Translations under genes and position numbers: made by a program
Source: an uncultured Acidobacteriota bacterium
GTDB lineage: Bacteria > Acidobacteriota > Terriglobia > Acidiferrales > UBA7541
Assembly: GCA_963757905.1 (NCBI GenBank)
Contig: CAVWSV010000016.1
Coordinates: 47,808-111,807 of the forward strand
Direction of reading: 5' to 3'
DNA length: 64,000 nt
Shown: positions 29,270 to 39,180 of the stretch, piece after piece
How the letters are laid out: the number at the start of each line of letters is the position of its first letter
Position numbering within the stretch: the stretch's first letter is position 1
Notes under the pieces: model-generated
Databases searched by the model: none
What the model saw: only the letters and a program-made list of their open reading frames with translations
Told to the model about the DNA's origin: nothing

Positions 29270-30253
29270 CTACCGAAGTGTATTGCCCAGAGGTTTTTCG
29301 AAAGCAGAGATTGCGGCGGGGAGCGAAGTTTCAATGGAGATCTCCTCGCTGAACATCTCGACCCGGTTGCGTCCGCGCTCTTTCGCGCGGCTAAGCGCTA
29401 CGTTCACGGCTCGCAGCACGGACTCGGACATGGGACACTCGTTTGGCGACGCCGAAAACGCTCCGAGACTCGCCGTCAACCAAATCAATCCCGAGGCAGT
29501 TTGAAGCGGCGCGCCGGCAATGATTCTGCAGATTCGTTGTGCTTTGTTCGCTACCGCCGCAGTGTCGCAACCGGGAAGCAAGATCAGGAATTCCTCGCCG
29601 CCAAATCGTCCGACGATGTCGTATATGCGTATGGACGAAAGAATGCGCAGCGTGGCCTCACGCAAGACCGTGTCTCCGGCAAGCTGGCCCCAACTGTCGT
29701 TGACGTTTTTGAAATGATCGAAATCGATAAGAATCAGGCCGAGCGGGCGATGTTCGCGCCCCGCCCGGCTCAGTTCGCGTTCGAGCATATCTAGAGTGCT
29801 TCCACGGCTCCACGCCCCGGTTAACAAATCATGCGTGGATTTGAACCTGACCAGCTCCCGCGCCTGAATCAGATCGCCTTGCACTTGCAAAATTCGTTCG
29901 CCGATACGAATGCGCGCGCGAAGCTGCGCCGGATTGCAGGGCTTCGCCAGATAGTCATCGGCTCCTGATTCGAGGCCTTCGATAACGTCCTGCGGGTCAT
30001 GGCGCGCAGTAAGAAGGATCACATAAATATACTGTTCGGTATGCCGCGCACGCAGCTTCCGGCATACTTCCACGCCACTGAATCCTGGCATCATCCAATC
30101 CATCAGCACCAAACGCGGGCATTCGGGCGCTTGCAGAGCGGCCCAGGCCGAAGCTCCATCCTGCGCGACCTCAACCTCGCAGCCCCACTTGTCCAACAGC
30201 GGAAGGAGCAACAAACGCGAGACAGGATCATCGTCCACAAGCAAAACTTTCAC
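29270..30253 (-). CDS. Response regulator receiver plus GGDEF diguanylate cyclase
   Basis: REC domain (MKVLLVDDDPVSR...LVLMDWMMPG...K) is followed by a GGDEF domain with an intact GGEEF motif (RFGGEEFLILLPG). Confidence 0.9.
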   Translation of the reverse strand: MKVLLVDDDPVSRLLLLPLLDKWGCEVEVAQDGASAWAALQAPECPRLVLMDWMMPGFSGVEVCRKLRARHTEQYIYVILLTARHDPQDVIEGLESGADDYLAKPCNPAQLRARIRIGERILQVQGDLIQARELVRFKSTHDLLTGAWSRGSTLDMLERELSRAGREHRPLGLILIDFDHFKNVNDSWGQLAGDTVLREATLRILSSIRIYDIVGRFGGEEFLILLPGCDTAAVANKAQRICRIIAGAPLQTASGLIWLTASLGAFSASPNECPMSESVLRAVNVALSRAKERGRNRVEMFSEEISIETSLPAAISAFEKPLGNTLR

Positions 30254-30765
30254 CTGACACTCCTCCCTAAACGGGAACGCGAGAGGTTAAGGGAGCACGA
30301 CGGTGCCCAAAAGTGCCAGAGCATTATTTTCGCCATCGTCGTGGAATCAGAGGGATGCAGAGTTCACAGGCACATAACCACAACGTTGCAATTCAGCGCT
30401 GTACCAGGAAAGCAAAGATGTTCCGTGTTGGAACAAACGACAAACTCTGGGCCGTTATGGCTCGCGGAAGTTTCGCTTACAATTCGAATCGTGTTCAGCA
30501 ATCGCACGCAGCAATTGTTGCGGCGCAGGATATGTCACATTCCGGCACCGCAACAATCGGGCAACTACACGCGAGCCGCTTACGCCCTTGGTGATGTCTT
30601 CTTAGCAGCTTGTCGAAAAAGTGCATTTGGTTGCGATCTTTGCCGCTGCGAGGGAGCCGCAGGGTTACACAAATTCAAGGAAAATGCAGATTTCCTGTCT
30701 GCGGCAGGCAGCCTCCTCGCGGTTGCTCGTCGGAATGACAACGAGTAGGGTTTTTCAACAAGCTG

Positions 30766-32316
30766 TTAGTGCGCGTAGCTCGAATCAATGAAGTTGTCCA
30801 CATCCTTGTGAAGTTTATCGTGCGCTTTCTGATCGATGTAGACCATGTGGCCCGATTTGTAATAGGCGAAGCTGATGTTCTTGCGAATCGATGGCTCAAG
30901 GCCCATGTGAGACACGGTTTCCTCAATGCCATTGAACGGCGTGGCGAGGTCGTAATAGCCGCAGACGACCAGCACTTTAAGATTCGACTCCTCGGTCATC
31001 GCGGAGCGCAACACTTCCGCCACATCGGTGTCGCCGGTGCGATCCCATGGCCGGACGTTCGCGGTGACCGTGTAATATTGGTCGCTGTTCCACTTCAAAT
31101 CGCGGCGAACGTAATCCTGAAACGTAGCCGTGAAAGCTCCCAGATACGACGCTTCGCTCGGATCGTATTCCGGCCGCTCAGCCGCCGCATCGCGATTCAT
31201 GCCTTCGAAACGCGAATCGAGGCGCCCAACGATCAGGCGCTTATCGCGTTCGAGTTCCGCGAACCAGCGGAACGGGCTGATGCGCAGGTTCGTTTCCTCA
31301 ATGTATTTTGGCGAAAGCGCCGTGAACCGCGCCAAGTCCTGTACGACCTTTTGTTTTTCTTCCGGCGATAGCTGATCGCCTTTTGAAAGCGCTTGCGCGT
31401 ATTCCCCGTGAGCAAACTCGCGCGCTTGCTGTGCGACTTGCTCAACGCTCTCACTTTCGAGATCGGGCGCCAGCAAATGGTGGTACCACGCGGAAGTCAC
31501 ATACGTGGGCAAGTAAAATTCCGAGCGGTCGTCCGCGCCCCAACTCGCAAAAGCAACGGTGGACACCAGCACAATCCCGTTCAGATAAATTTCGTGCCGA
31601 TGTTGCAGCACTCCCGCAAGCTCCGCCGAGCGCGTGGTCCCGTAGCTCTCGCCGATTAAATACTTCGGCGAATCCCAGCGTTCGTTGCGCGTGATGTATT
31701 GATAGATGAAATCGGAGAACCATGTGGCGTCTTCGACGATACCGTGAAATTGCGCGGGATTCTCGCCGGGCGCGGGACGGCTATAGCCCGTCGAAATCGC
31801 GTCGACAAAAATCAGATCCGTCGCATCCAGGAAGGAATCTTCGTTATCCGCAATCGTGTACGGAGCGGGCATGCCGTGGCCATCGGGCGTCAGCACCACG
31901 CGTTCAGGCCCCATGCCCATATGCGTAAAGAGAGAAGCCGAGCCAGGCCCGCCATTGTAAACAAACGCGAGGGGACGCTTCGAGACGTCCGGCACGCCAT
32001 CTTTCGTGTACGCCACGTAAAAAAAAGTCGCCTTCGGGTTCCCTTGATCGTCCTTGATGACGTATGTGCCCGCTGTGGCCGTGTAATTGATTTCCTTCCC
32101 GCCGATGCGCGCACTGTGATGCGTGACCACGGACTTTTCCACCGGTGGAGGCGCATGGCGCACAGGTTCCTTCTGATTTTGTTCTTCGGGCTGGGACTGC
32201 GTCATGCCGGGAATTACGCGCTGTCCGGGGCGCTGCTGCTGCGCAGCAACCGCGAATGACGTAACAAAAACAGCCAACGCTGCAACGACAACAACGCGAG
32301 TGAATCTCATAGCCAT
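30766..32316 (-). CDS. Exported peptidase S10 (serine carboxypeptidase) family protein
   Basis: Signal peptide (RVVVVAALAVFVTSFAVAAQQ). S10 motifs NGGPGSAS and GESYG are present, and the C-terminal region contains a His. Confidence 0.8.
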   Translation of the reverse strand: MAMRFTRVVVVAALAVFVTSFAVAAQQQRPGQRVIPGMTQSQPEEQNQKEPVRHAPPPVEKSVVTHHSARIGGKEINYTATAGTYVIKDDQGNPKATFFYVAYTKDGVPDVSKRPLAFVYNGGPGSASLFTHMGMGPERVVLTPDGHGMPAPYTIADNEDSFLDATDLIFVDAISTGYSRPAPGENPAQFHGIVEDATWFSDFIYQYITRNERWDSPKYLIGESYGTTRSAELAGVLQHRHEIYLNGIVLVSTVAFASWGADDRSEFYLPTYVTSAWYHHLLAPDLESESVEQVAQQAREFAHGEYAQALSKGDQLSPEEKQKVVQDLARFTALSPKYIEETNLRISPFRWFAELERDKRLIVGRLDSRFEGMNRDAAAERPEYDPSEASYLGAFTATFQDYVRRDLKWNSDQYYTVTANVRPWDRTGDTDVAEVLRSAMTEESNLKVLVVCGYYDLATPFNGIEETVSHMGLEPSIRKNISFAYYKSGHMVYIDQKAHDKLHKDVDNFIDSSYAH

Positions 32317-32537
32317 GCTCTCTCCTCGCGCGGCAAGTTACGCGAATTTTCCGCGCTACTGGGATTTCCTGTCAGGGAACATGCTCTGAGACGTGCGGAG
32401 GGGTAACGGAGTTTCACGCGAGCGCCGCAAAATCCGGATGAGTCTGGCGCTATCGCTTCAGCTCGAATTCCGATTGATTAACGGGAGGACGTTGGTGCGG
32501 CCATGTTGGTGACCGCACCTGTCTTGGGAATGTTACG

Positions 32538-33440
32538 CTAAGCTGAGATCAAATCGCTTTGTGATGTGGCGGGAACGATGTCCGCGGTCGCGTTCGCGCC
32601 TGGCAACGCCGCCGTCTTCGCCCGGCGAATCTGTCGCGCGAGTCCGAGCTTTTTCAGAGCCCAAATGCCATACCAGTTCAAATCAACTTCGTACCACCTA
32701 AGCCCGTGGCGCGCCGAAGTTGGATACGCGTGATGATTGTTATGCCAGCCTTCTCCAAACGTCAGCAAGGCCACCCACCAACTGTTCGTTGAATGGTCGC
32801 GCGTGTCAAACCGGCGCGATCCCCACACGTGCGTCGCGGAATTAACCAACCATGTCGCATGCAGGCCAACCACGGTGCGCAGGAAAACTCCCCACAGCAG
32901 GAATGGAAGTCCGCCGATGGCGAACAGCACGACGCCTAGCACAATCATCGGCACGTAATTGTATTTCGTGATCCACACCTGGAACTTGTCCTTCGCCAGA
33001 TCGGGGACGTAGCGAGCCAGTGTGGATGTATCGTGATGCATCGACTTGCCCACCAAGATCCAGCCGACGTGCGCCCACCACTTGCCGTCGCGCGGAGAGT
33101 GCGGATCCCCTTCGCGATCGGAGAATTGATGATGAATCCGGTGCGTTGCCACCCAGAAAATCGGGCCGCCTTCGAGCGCCAGCGTCGCGCAAACCGTCAA
33201 GAAGTACTCCACCCACTTCGGAGTCTTGTAAGCGCGGTGCGTCAACAGTCGGTGATAACACATGCCGACGCCGAGGCTCCCTGAAACCCACCAAAGAAAA
33301 AGTGCGACGAATAAAGCCTTCCAGGTAAAAAAGAAAAGGGCAACGATCGCGCCCAAATGAAATAAGACCATAAAAGAAGAAGTCACCCAGTTAATGTCAC
33401 GGTCGCCCGGCTGTCTCCGTTGCAGATTTTCAAGTTGCAT
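32538..33440 (-). CDS. Acyl-CoA (stearoyl-CoA-type delta-9) fatty acid desaturase
   Basis: Three histidine boxes are present: [16 protein letters not shown] and HNNHHAYP. Confidence 0.9.
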   Translation of the reverse strand: MQLENLQRRQPGDRDINWVTSSFMVLFHLGAIVALFFFTWKALFVALFLWWVSGSLGVGMCYHRLLTHRAYKTPKWVEYFLTVCATLALEGGPIFWVATHRIHHQFSDREGDPHSPRDGKWWAHVGWILVGKSMHHDTSTLARYVPDLAKDKFQVWITKYNYVPMIVLGVVLFAIGGLPFLLWGVFLRTVVGLHATWLVNSATHVWGSRRFDTRDHSTNSWWVALLTFGEGWHNNHHAYPTSARHGLRWYEVDLNWYGIWALKKLGLARQIRRAKTAALPGANATADIVPATSQSDLISA

Positions 33441-34120
33441 TGATTGTCCTTCCCTTTTTTCTTTCCTGCCATCGCCGGTCTGAACCTGGGCGCAGACCGC
33501 AGGTCCCGCACAGTCGCAGCATCCAAGATCGCGCCGCTTCCTGTCGGCTCAACCCAAGATACGCGTTAGAAATATCGAAGTTCCCGATAAACTGGATAAC
33601 TTTGAGGTTCCGCTTCCGACGCGACAAAACCCGAGTGCAAACAACTCAGTGGAAATTCAAATCCAACTGCGAAATTCACGCGAACGAGCTTACCACGTCA
33701 TCGGTTGCGCCGCTGATGTGATTCGAAGTCTCCGGTTACACAGTCTAACAGTGCCACAAGAAGATTATCTGTTCAATATCGGACATCCGCCGGCGCATCC
33801 GTTAGATTACTAGCACATGCGTACAGGGTGTCTTCGAGCGGTCGCTCGGGTCTCCACCCGCCACGATTCAGTCGCACGCTCCCGCTTCTTATTGGATGCC
33901 ATCAAGCCAGTATTCGACGCGACAAAGCGCGAGGGCCTTGCAGTCGGTTACTAGGGGAAAGGCTACGAGAAAGAGCGGTCGGCTGGTGCAAATAAAATTC
34001 CTTGCATCCTGACCCAAATTCTGTGGGCGATCCACGCAGGGAATTTCAGCTCGGCTAATCAATTGACGGGAATCGCGAGAGCATTCTCTCGGAAGACTTG
34101 TGAAATCTCCACGCGTGGGA

Positions 34121-34297
34121 CTAACCGGAACGCCGCGGCGAACCGCTCGCTCCGTGCTTCTGTTTCTGCAATCTCTGAAAGTTGTCGGCGCCGTGCTGCA
34201 CAAGTTTCTTTCCGCCCAAACGCTCATAACCGCCTACAAAGGAATTCTCCTGGGAACTTACCTTGCTCGATGATTGTTTCTTCGGTTTCTTCGCCAT
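34121..34297 (-). CDS. Possible 58-aa lysine-rich small protein (below the ORF-track size cut-off)
   Basis: Own translation: MAKKPKKQSSSKVSSQENSFVGGYERLGGKKLVQHGADNFQRLQKQKHGASGSPRRSG. AGAGGGG lies 5 nt upstream of ATG 34297. It sits next to a CsbD gene. No homology evidence is available. Confidence 0.3.
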   Translation of the reverse strand: MAKKPKKQSSSKVSSQENSFVGGYERLGGKKLVQHGADNFQRLQKQKHGASGSPRRSG

Positions 34298-34384
34298 GAA
34301 CGCCCCTCTTTCAGAAATTATACGCTATCTACCAAAGACACGTCATGCGATTCCGGTCAGGACTCGACAAAACGCGTGCGATTG

Positions 34385-34585
34385 CTACCGTGAAGAGTTG
34401 CTGGAACTGGATTGCGACGCATCCGCCATATCATCTGTGATGCGATAATCCATTTGCACTCGCCCCACAAGCTGTTCTCGCCTGCCGTTGATCACATATA
34501 GTTCGTCCTCGGTTAACTTGCCCCAGCTCTCTTTGATCTTGCCCTTGTAGAGTTTCCAGGAGCCCTCCACCCGATTCCAATTCAT
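34385..34585 (-). CDS. CsbD family (general stress) protein
   Basis: MNWNRVEGSWKLYKGKIKESWGKLTEDELYVINGRREQLVGRVQ is the CsbD signature. GGAGGAG lies upstream. Confidence 0.85.
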   Translation of the reverse strand: MNWNRVEGSWKLYKGKIKESWGKLTEDELYVINGRREQLVGRVQMDYRITDDMADASQSSSSNSSR

Positions 34586-34782
34586 CTGTCTCCTCCATAT
34601 CTTTAGACATCATTCGCGAGGTCAAAGTGACATTCAAGACCACGCTTATCCGAAGGGAAATGGATGCGAATCGACGCAGCTTCGTTGGCGAGAACCAGGA
34701 TACGGGAATCTTGCTCGTCCAGATCCGGAGAGAAGCGCGTGCATGCACGACTCCTACTCCGACATATTTTTCGGAGAAGTCT

Positions 34783-35346
34783 TCAGACCTTCACCTGCAC
34801 GTTCGCGCGCTCGGCATCCTGCGCGGCGAACATGGTCGCCGGCGAGAAACCAAACATGCCCGCGAAGAGATTGCGCGGGAATGTCGCCTGGACGGTGTTG
34901 AATTTCATCACTTCGTCGTTGTAGAACTGACGCGCAAAGGCAATGCGGTTTTCTGTGGAGGTGAGCTGCTCTTGCAGCAATTTGACGCTCTCGACCGCCC
35001 GTAATTGCGGATACTGTTCGGCCACCGCAAATAGATTCGATAGCGCGCCGCTCAAAGCCGATTCGGCCTGGGAACGATCGGCAACCGTTCCACTGCTTAG
35101 CGCCACGGCTTTCGTGCGCGCTTCGGTGACCGCCTCGAGCGTCGACCGTTCGTGCGTCATGTAACCTTGCACCGCGCCGACCAAATTCGGAATCAAATCA
35201 TGGCGGCGCTTGAGCTGCACGTCAATGTCCGACCAGGCGTTCTGCACGCGCACGCGCAACGCTACCAGCGAATTGAACACCGCGATCAACCAGATCAGCA
35301 GCGCAGCCGCGATCAGGCCAATCACAATCAGCGTTGTGGTAGACAC
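34783..35346 (-). CDS. lemA: LemA family protein
   Basis: N-terminal TM helix, then FNSLVALRVRVQNAWSDIDVQLKRRHDLIPNLV...YPQLRA...FYNDEVMKFN, typical of LemA. GTG start. Confidence 0.9.
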   Translation of the reverse strand: MSTTTLIVIGLIAAALLIWLIAVFNSLVALRVRVQNAWSDIDVQLKRRHDLIPNLVGAVQGYMTHERSTLEAVTEARTKAVALSSGTVADRSQAESALSGALSNLFAVAEQYPQLRAVESVKLLQEQLTSTENRIAFARQFYNDEVMKFNTVQATFPRNLFAGMFGFSPATMFAAQDAERANVQVKV

Positions 35347-35379
35347 GGTCTCAGACCCTGCTTTCCAAAATGCCCTGCG

Positions 35380-37236
35380 CTAGTGATGCAGGAACACCAC
35401 AAAGAGTTCGTGAATGAACGCCATCCAAACCATCAGAAATGCCAAGCTCGCCATCACCATGATTGCGATCAAAAGCAGAAGAAGCGCGAGAGCGGCTAAA
35501 GCAAACGGCCCGAGAAGTATCGCCAGTACAGCAATTACAATCCAAGATTTGCCTCCATCTGATTCAAGCTCGACATGCGCGCCCATGCGATCGAGGCGCT
35601 TCAGGCGGCGCTTTAGCGATGGAAAGAAGCCGGCGAAATTGCTCGAGCCGTTCGAGGATTCATCCGACGCGCTCTGGGCCGACTGCGTGCCTCTGCTCTT
35701 CGCGCCGAATTCTTGCAGACGGTGCAATGCCGCAGCATCGCCGTGCTGCGCCGCGGCGATGTCCGCCAGATTGGGCATTTCATCAACCGGTTTACCGAGC
35801 GCGGTTGCGGCCGCCTGGCGGAACGCGGTCATGCGCGCCATCGCATTGGCATCTCCCGCCATGGCCGCGCTTCCCGTCGCGGTGATTTGCTTCATAACCG
35901 AGGGGAGATCCGCGAGAGCTGGCGGTGACGGATTGCCGGTCTTGCTCGCTTCCGATGCGGCCCACATTTGGGCCCACATCTGCTGTTGTGCGGCATTGGC
36001 CTTTGGGTCATCCATGCGGTCGCTTCCCGCCGGGTTGACTAAGAACAAATGCGCGGCCCATGCCCCTCCCGGAATCGGGCCGCGGTCGCTGTTGAGTTTT
36101 CGCAGCGCTTCCGCCAAGCCGTCGGGATTTCGTGTGAGTTGCACAGCGGAGGCATCCGCCAGGTATTTGCGCTTGCGCCACAGAAGCGCCATGCTTGGTT
36201 CAAGCATGCTGAACGAGAAAAACCATAGCGACAGCTTGATGGCCATGTTTGTGAAAAAGATGGGGAACAACAGGAAATTACGAATGGAACGGAAAATCGA
36301 TTTCCTTTTCGAAGTGGTATCAAAGACATCGTCGATGTCGTCGGTGTCGAGTCCTGCGCTGCGCGTGAGAAGCGCCGCCATAGCAGCCGCTTCCTGAGCG
36401 CTGGTTTCACTATCTTTTTTCCCGAACAATCCATAACGAACGATTCGCCACAGCGTGGCGCGTGACCGGCGACCAAACGGAGCGTTGATGACAGCGACCA
36501 GAAGGCCGCAAGTTTCGAAAACGCTGGTGACGCGGAAAGCGATGCCCAGGTCGCCATTGCCAATGGACGCGACCAAATGTGCGAGTGCGCCCTCCAGTTC
36601 ATCGCGATTGAGTTGCTCGAGCATCCCGCGCGATATCACAATCCGCGCGTCGTTGGGCGACGTTCCGATGGCCGCGGCATTTGCGGCAGGCGCGTCAATC
36701 AGCATGATCTTTGGCGTCGGCAGGCCCGCAGCTATGGCCATTTCCTGGACTACGTCGGACAACTGCAACTCCTTGAGCTCCGACTGATTCGGCTCGCGCG
36801 CCTTCAGCGCCAGCAACGCTCCGCCAACGCCAGCGCGCCGGAAAAGCGCATTCACTCCGAGCCACAGTCCCACGGACAAAATCGCGCCGGGCAGAAGCAG
36901 CACCGCCGCTCCAAGGGCCAGAGCCTGCGGATTTGCCGCCTTGCCCTGCGTCAACCATCCTATTGCTACCATTCCGTATCGAGCGAGTTCGTTGGCGTGC
37001 TGCCAGAAACTGGGCGGTAGCGGCGTCCAAATACTTACGCTGTCGGCGACGATTAACGCTGCGGCGTAGAGCAGGGGTGTAATGGTCAGCGCGAGCGGGA
37101 TGCCCATCACGACCGTGGCGATAACCGCGACGGCGGAGAGGCGCCAGGTCGCACGACGATTGCGACGTTGCGCTTCAAAAAAACTCTCGCGGTCGCGCGG
37201 GCCGACAAACGAAATTTTGGAGCTGGCGGTTGCCAT
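35380..37236 (-). CDS. M48/HtpX-like membrane protein with a degenerate active site (predicted pseudo-peptidase)
   Basis: ATG 37236 lies 2 nt after the upstream stop. The M48 scaffold is recognisable (IMLIDAPAANAAAIGTSPNDARIVISRGMLEQLNRDELEGALAHLVASIGNGDL; ADASAVQLTRNPDGLAEALRKL). HExxH is replaced by HLVAS, and the distal Glu context by RKRKYLAD. Multiple TM helices, including at the C-terminus. Confidence 0.7.
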   Translation of the reverse strand: MATASSKISFVGPRDRESFFEAQRRNRRATWRLSAVAVIATVVMGIPLALTITPLLYAAALIVADSVSIWTPLPPSFWQHANELARYGMVAIGWLTQGKAANPQALALGAAVLLLPGAILSVGLWLGVNALFRRAGVGGALLALKAREPNQSELKELQLSDVVQEMAIAAGLPTPKIMLIDAPAANAAAIGTSPNDARIVISRGMLEQLNRDELEGALAHLVASIGNGDLGIAFRVTSVFETCGLLVAVINAPFGRRSRATLWRIVRYGLFGKKDSETSAQEAAAMAALLTRSAGLDTDDIDDVFDTTSKRKSIFRSIRNFLLFPIFFTNMAIKLSLWFFSFSMLEPSMALLWRKRKYLADASAVQLTRNPDGLAEALRKLNSDRGPIPGGAWAAHLFLVNPAGSDRMDDPKANAAQQQMWAQMWAASEASKTGNPSPPALADLPSVMKQITATGSAAMAGDANAMARMTAFRQAAATALGKPVDEMPNLADIAAAQHGDAAALHRLQEFGAKSRGTQSAQSASDESSNGSSNFAGFFPSLKRRLKRLDRMGAHVELESDGGKSWIVIAVLAILLGPFALAALALLLLLIAIMVMASLAFLMVWMAFIHELFVVFLHH

Positions 37237-37238
37237 CG

Positions 37239-37748
37239 CTATTTCGCAGTTGCCGGTCGGTCCGTCAATTCCGTGTTGTGCATGACTTCGATAAGCCACG
37301 AGCGGTCCGCCTGCTTGGCCATAACCCAGTTCAGCAGGCCTTTCCGACTCGGCTGCGGATTGCCATCTTGAAATGTAGCTCCAGTCATTTGCCAATCCAC
37401 GTCCACGGCAGCCAACTCCGGCGTGAGAAATCGAATGCTGCGGATTTGCGCTGTTTGATGGCTATCTTTGAAAATGGTAGCGAATACTGGTGCATGAAAT
37501 TTTTCCACGTTGGCGCGCCCCCGCGCATGCATCCCCGCGACATTCGTGAAGTCGGCGTCTTCGGTGAAAGTCATGGCAAAGGCGTGCGGGTCGTGCGTAT
37601 TCCACGCATCGAGGAAGCGCTCCACCGTCTGCTCGATGGCCGCTCGATCCTTTACGTGGTCATGCGTGGTTTGCTGTTGAGCCATTGTGGGCCTCCCTGC
37701 AAAAAGTAGCGCTCCAATCATGGCGACCGAAATTTGTAGGGCTCGCAT
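37239..37748 (-). CDS. Exported SnoaL-like/DUF4440 (SgcJ/EcaC-type, NTF2 fold) protein
   Basis: ATG 37748 follows GAGGAGA. Signal peptide MRALQISVAMIGALLFAGRPTMAQ. IEQTVERFLDAWNTHDPHAFAMTFTEDADFTNVAG fits the SgcJ/EcaC pattern. Confidence 0.7.
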   Translation of the reverse strand: MRALQISVAMIGALLFAGRPTMAQQQTTHDHVKDRAAIEQTVERFLDAWNTHDPHAFAMTFTEDADFTNVAGMHARGRANVEKFHAPVFATIFKDSHQTAQIRSIRFLTPELAAVDVDWQMTGATFQDGNPQPSRKGLLNWVMAKQADRSWLIEVMHNTELTDRPATAK

Positions 37749-37767
37749 CGAGTTTCTCCTCTTCAAC

Positions 37768-38445
37768 TCAGTGCCGCGCGTTCGCGCAAGCGGCTTTGAA
37801 CTCTGAGTAGCTGCCCCAGTCGAAGGCAACCGAAGCGCCATCGATTCGCAGGCCGGAGCGGAACGGCGCTCCTATCTCGCCGTGATCCCCACGCTCATCC
37901 ATCACGAGTTTGGGGCCTTGCCACCCGCCTCTAAGATCGAAGAATCCCCAGTACCCTCCCGTATTGATGATTCTGTGCTCGAGAAGACGGAAAGCCATGA
38001 GACTGCCATCGGTACTCCGCCAGCCGCCATAGATCGTGCCACTCAGGTCGAGATACTGAGTGACGCCCGGCGAAGTGCACAGCCAGCCGCCACCCTGCAG
38101 ACCGCCCGTGGGGCGCAGGCCTTCCAGGTGAAGCCGGGAAAAATGAGAAGACGGGTAGAAATTAATGTACAGCGGATACTCGTTTCCGTTTTTTGTAAGA
38201 AGCTCGCCGTATCCGTGCCATGTGAGCAGGGGCGTCCAGCGTCCGCCGATATGGAATGACCATGGGTCAGTTATTAAAACCAAGCCATAAAGCAGAGCGC
38301 CCCCGAGAATCGCTACAAGCAGCAGCGAAAAAAGTTTGGTGAGGCAGCCGCGCCGTACTCGCCGACCGACGTCGGGGACTTGCCCGGAGAGGTAGTCCTT
38401 GATGAGTTCGGCCTGTTGTTGCTGCTGTGTGGAACGATTGTCCAT
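37768..38445 (-). CDS. Hypothetical single-pass membrane protein
   Basis: Gln-rich N-terminus, one TM helix (LFSLLLVAILGGALLYGLVLI), and a Gly/Trp-rich extracytoplasmic region. No family recognised. Confidence 0.5.
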   Translation of the reverse strand: MDNRSTQQQQQAELIKDYLSGQVPDVGRRVRRGCLTKLFSLLLVAILGGALLYGLVLITDPWSFHIGGRWTPLLTWHGYGELLTKNGNEYPLYINFYPSSHFSRLHLEGLRPTGGLQGGGWLCTSPGVTQYLDLSGTIYGGWRSTDGSLMAFRLLEHRIINTGGYWGFFDLRGGWQGPKLVMDERGDHGEIGAPFRSGLRIDGASVAFDWGSYSEFKAACANARH

Positions 38446-38481
38446 TTTCGTGTTTCCTCACATATACAAAGTGAAACGGCG

Positions 38482-39180
38482 CTAAGGCTGTGTTACGTTC
38501 GCTTCGTAATGCTCTTTCTGCACAGTTCCATCCTTGAAGTGATCCTCTACATCGAGAACGAACTTGACGGGGCATCCGGCCCGCGTCACCCAAGCAGAAC
38601 CTTTCACAAATCCATTCGCACCCAGCACGCTTCTGATCAACGAAGCGTCGGTCGGCGTGTCTAGGGAAGTGTCTATCGCGTATTTGATTGTGTTTTCGCC
38701 ATTCACATTTTCGCTGCCCGCGCGCACCGTCGCCGACGAGTTGTTCACCAAGGCAAATGTGCTCGCCGGAAGCGGCCCGGTTAAAACCAGGACGGCCGTA
38801 TTCCAACTGGTGCTATCGGAACGAACGCTGTGGATTGCCCGCGTGCCGGAACTGTCGATCAGTGTGCCTGCAATCGAATCGGGCGTCACATCTGCCTCCC
38901 AGTCCGCGTTTGTCATCGGCGGCACTACTTTTTTAAACGACCAGTGAAACGGTGTCGGGGCTTTTTGAATTCGGTCTGCTGCGCACTGGAGATCAATCCC
39001 TGGGTTGTCGCTGCTAGAAGAAGACGTAGCGGATGTAGCCCCGACTGTTGCTAGTATGTCTGAGGGGTTTTTCTGATTTCCTCCCGGAGAAGCGGAGTTG
39101 CACCCGAGAACAGCGGCCAGCAACAAACCGGTCGCCGTCAACGCAAGCAACTGTGCGCGGCGGGCGCTTTGCCTCTGCAT
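38482..39180 (-). CDS. Uncharacterised lipoprotein, paralog family A (copy 1)
   Basis: Lipobox LAAVLGC. Shared family motifs: PFHWSF, DWEADVTPDSIAGT, SSGTRAIHSVRSD, VNGENTIKYAIDTS and GSAWVTRAGCPVKFVLD. Confidence 0.65.
   Translation of the reverse strand: MQRQSARRAQLLALTATGLLLAAVLGCNSASPGGNQKNPSDILATVGATSATSSSSSDNPGIDLQCAADRIQKAPTPFHWSFKKVVPPMTNADWEADVTPDSIAGTLIDSSGTRAIHSVRSDSTSWNTAVLVLTGPLPASTFALVNNSSATVRAGSENVNGENTIKYAIDTSLDTPTDASLIRSVLGANGFVKGSAWVTRAGCPVKFVLDVEDHFKDGTVQKEHYEANVTQP

Noticed and set aside
30514-30557. 10-bp perfect inverted repeat (attgttgcgg ... ccgcaacaat, 24-nt spacer) in the 510-bp gap between the S10 peptidase and the GGDEF gene
   Set aside because: It is a single occurrence with no U-tract and no positional logic relative to the flanking genes. 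It is possibly fortuitous in this gap and too weak to call.
35414-36397. 327-aa plus-strand ORF (and other ORFs overlapping 35380..37236)
   Set aside because: These are antisense to the M48-like gene, Ala/Ser/Arg-rich and low in complexity.
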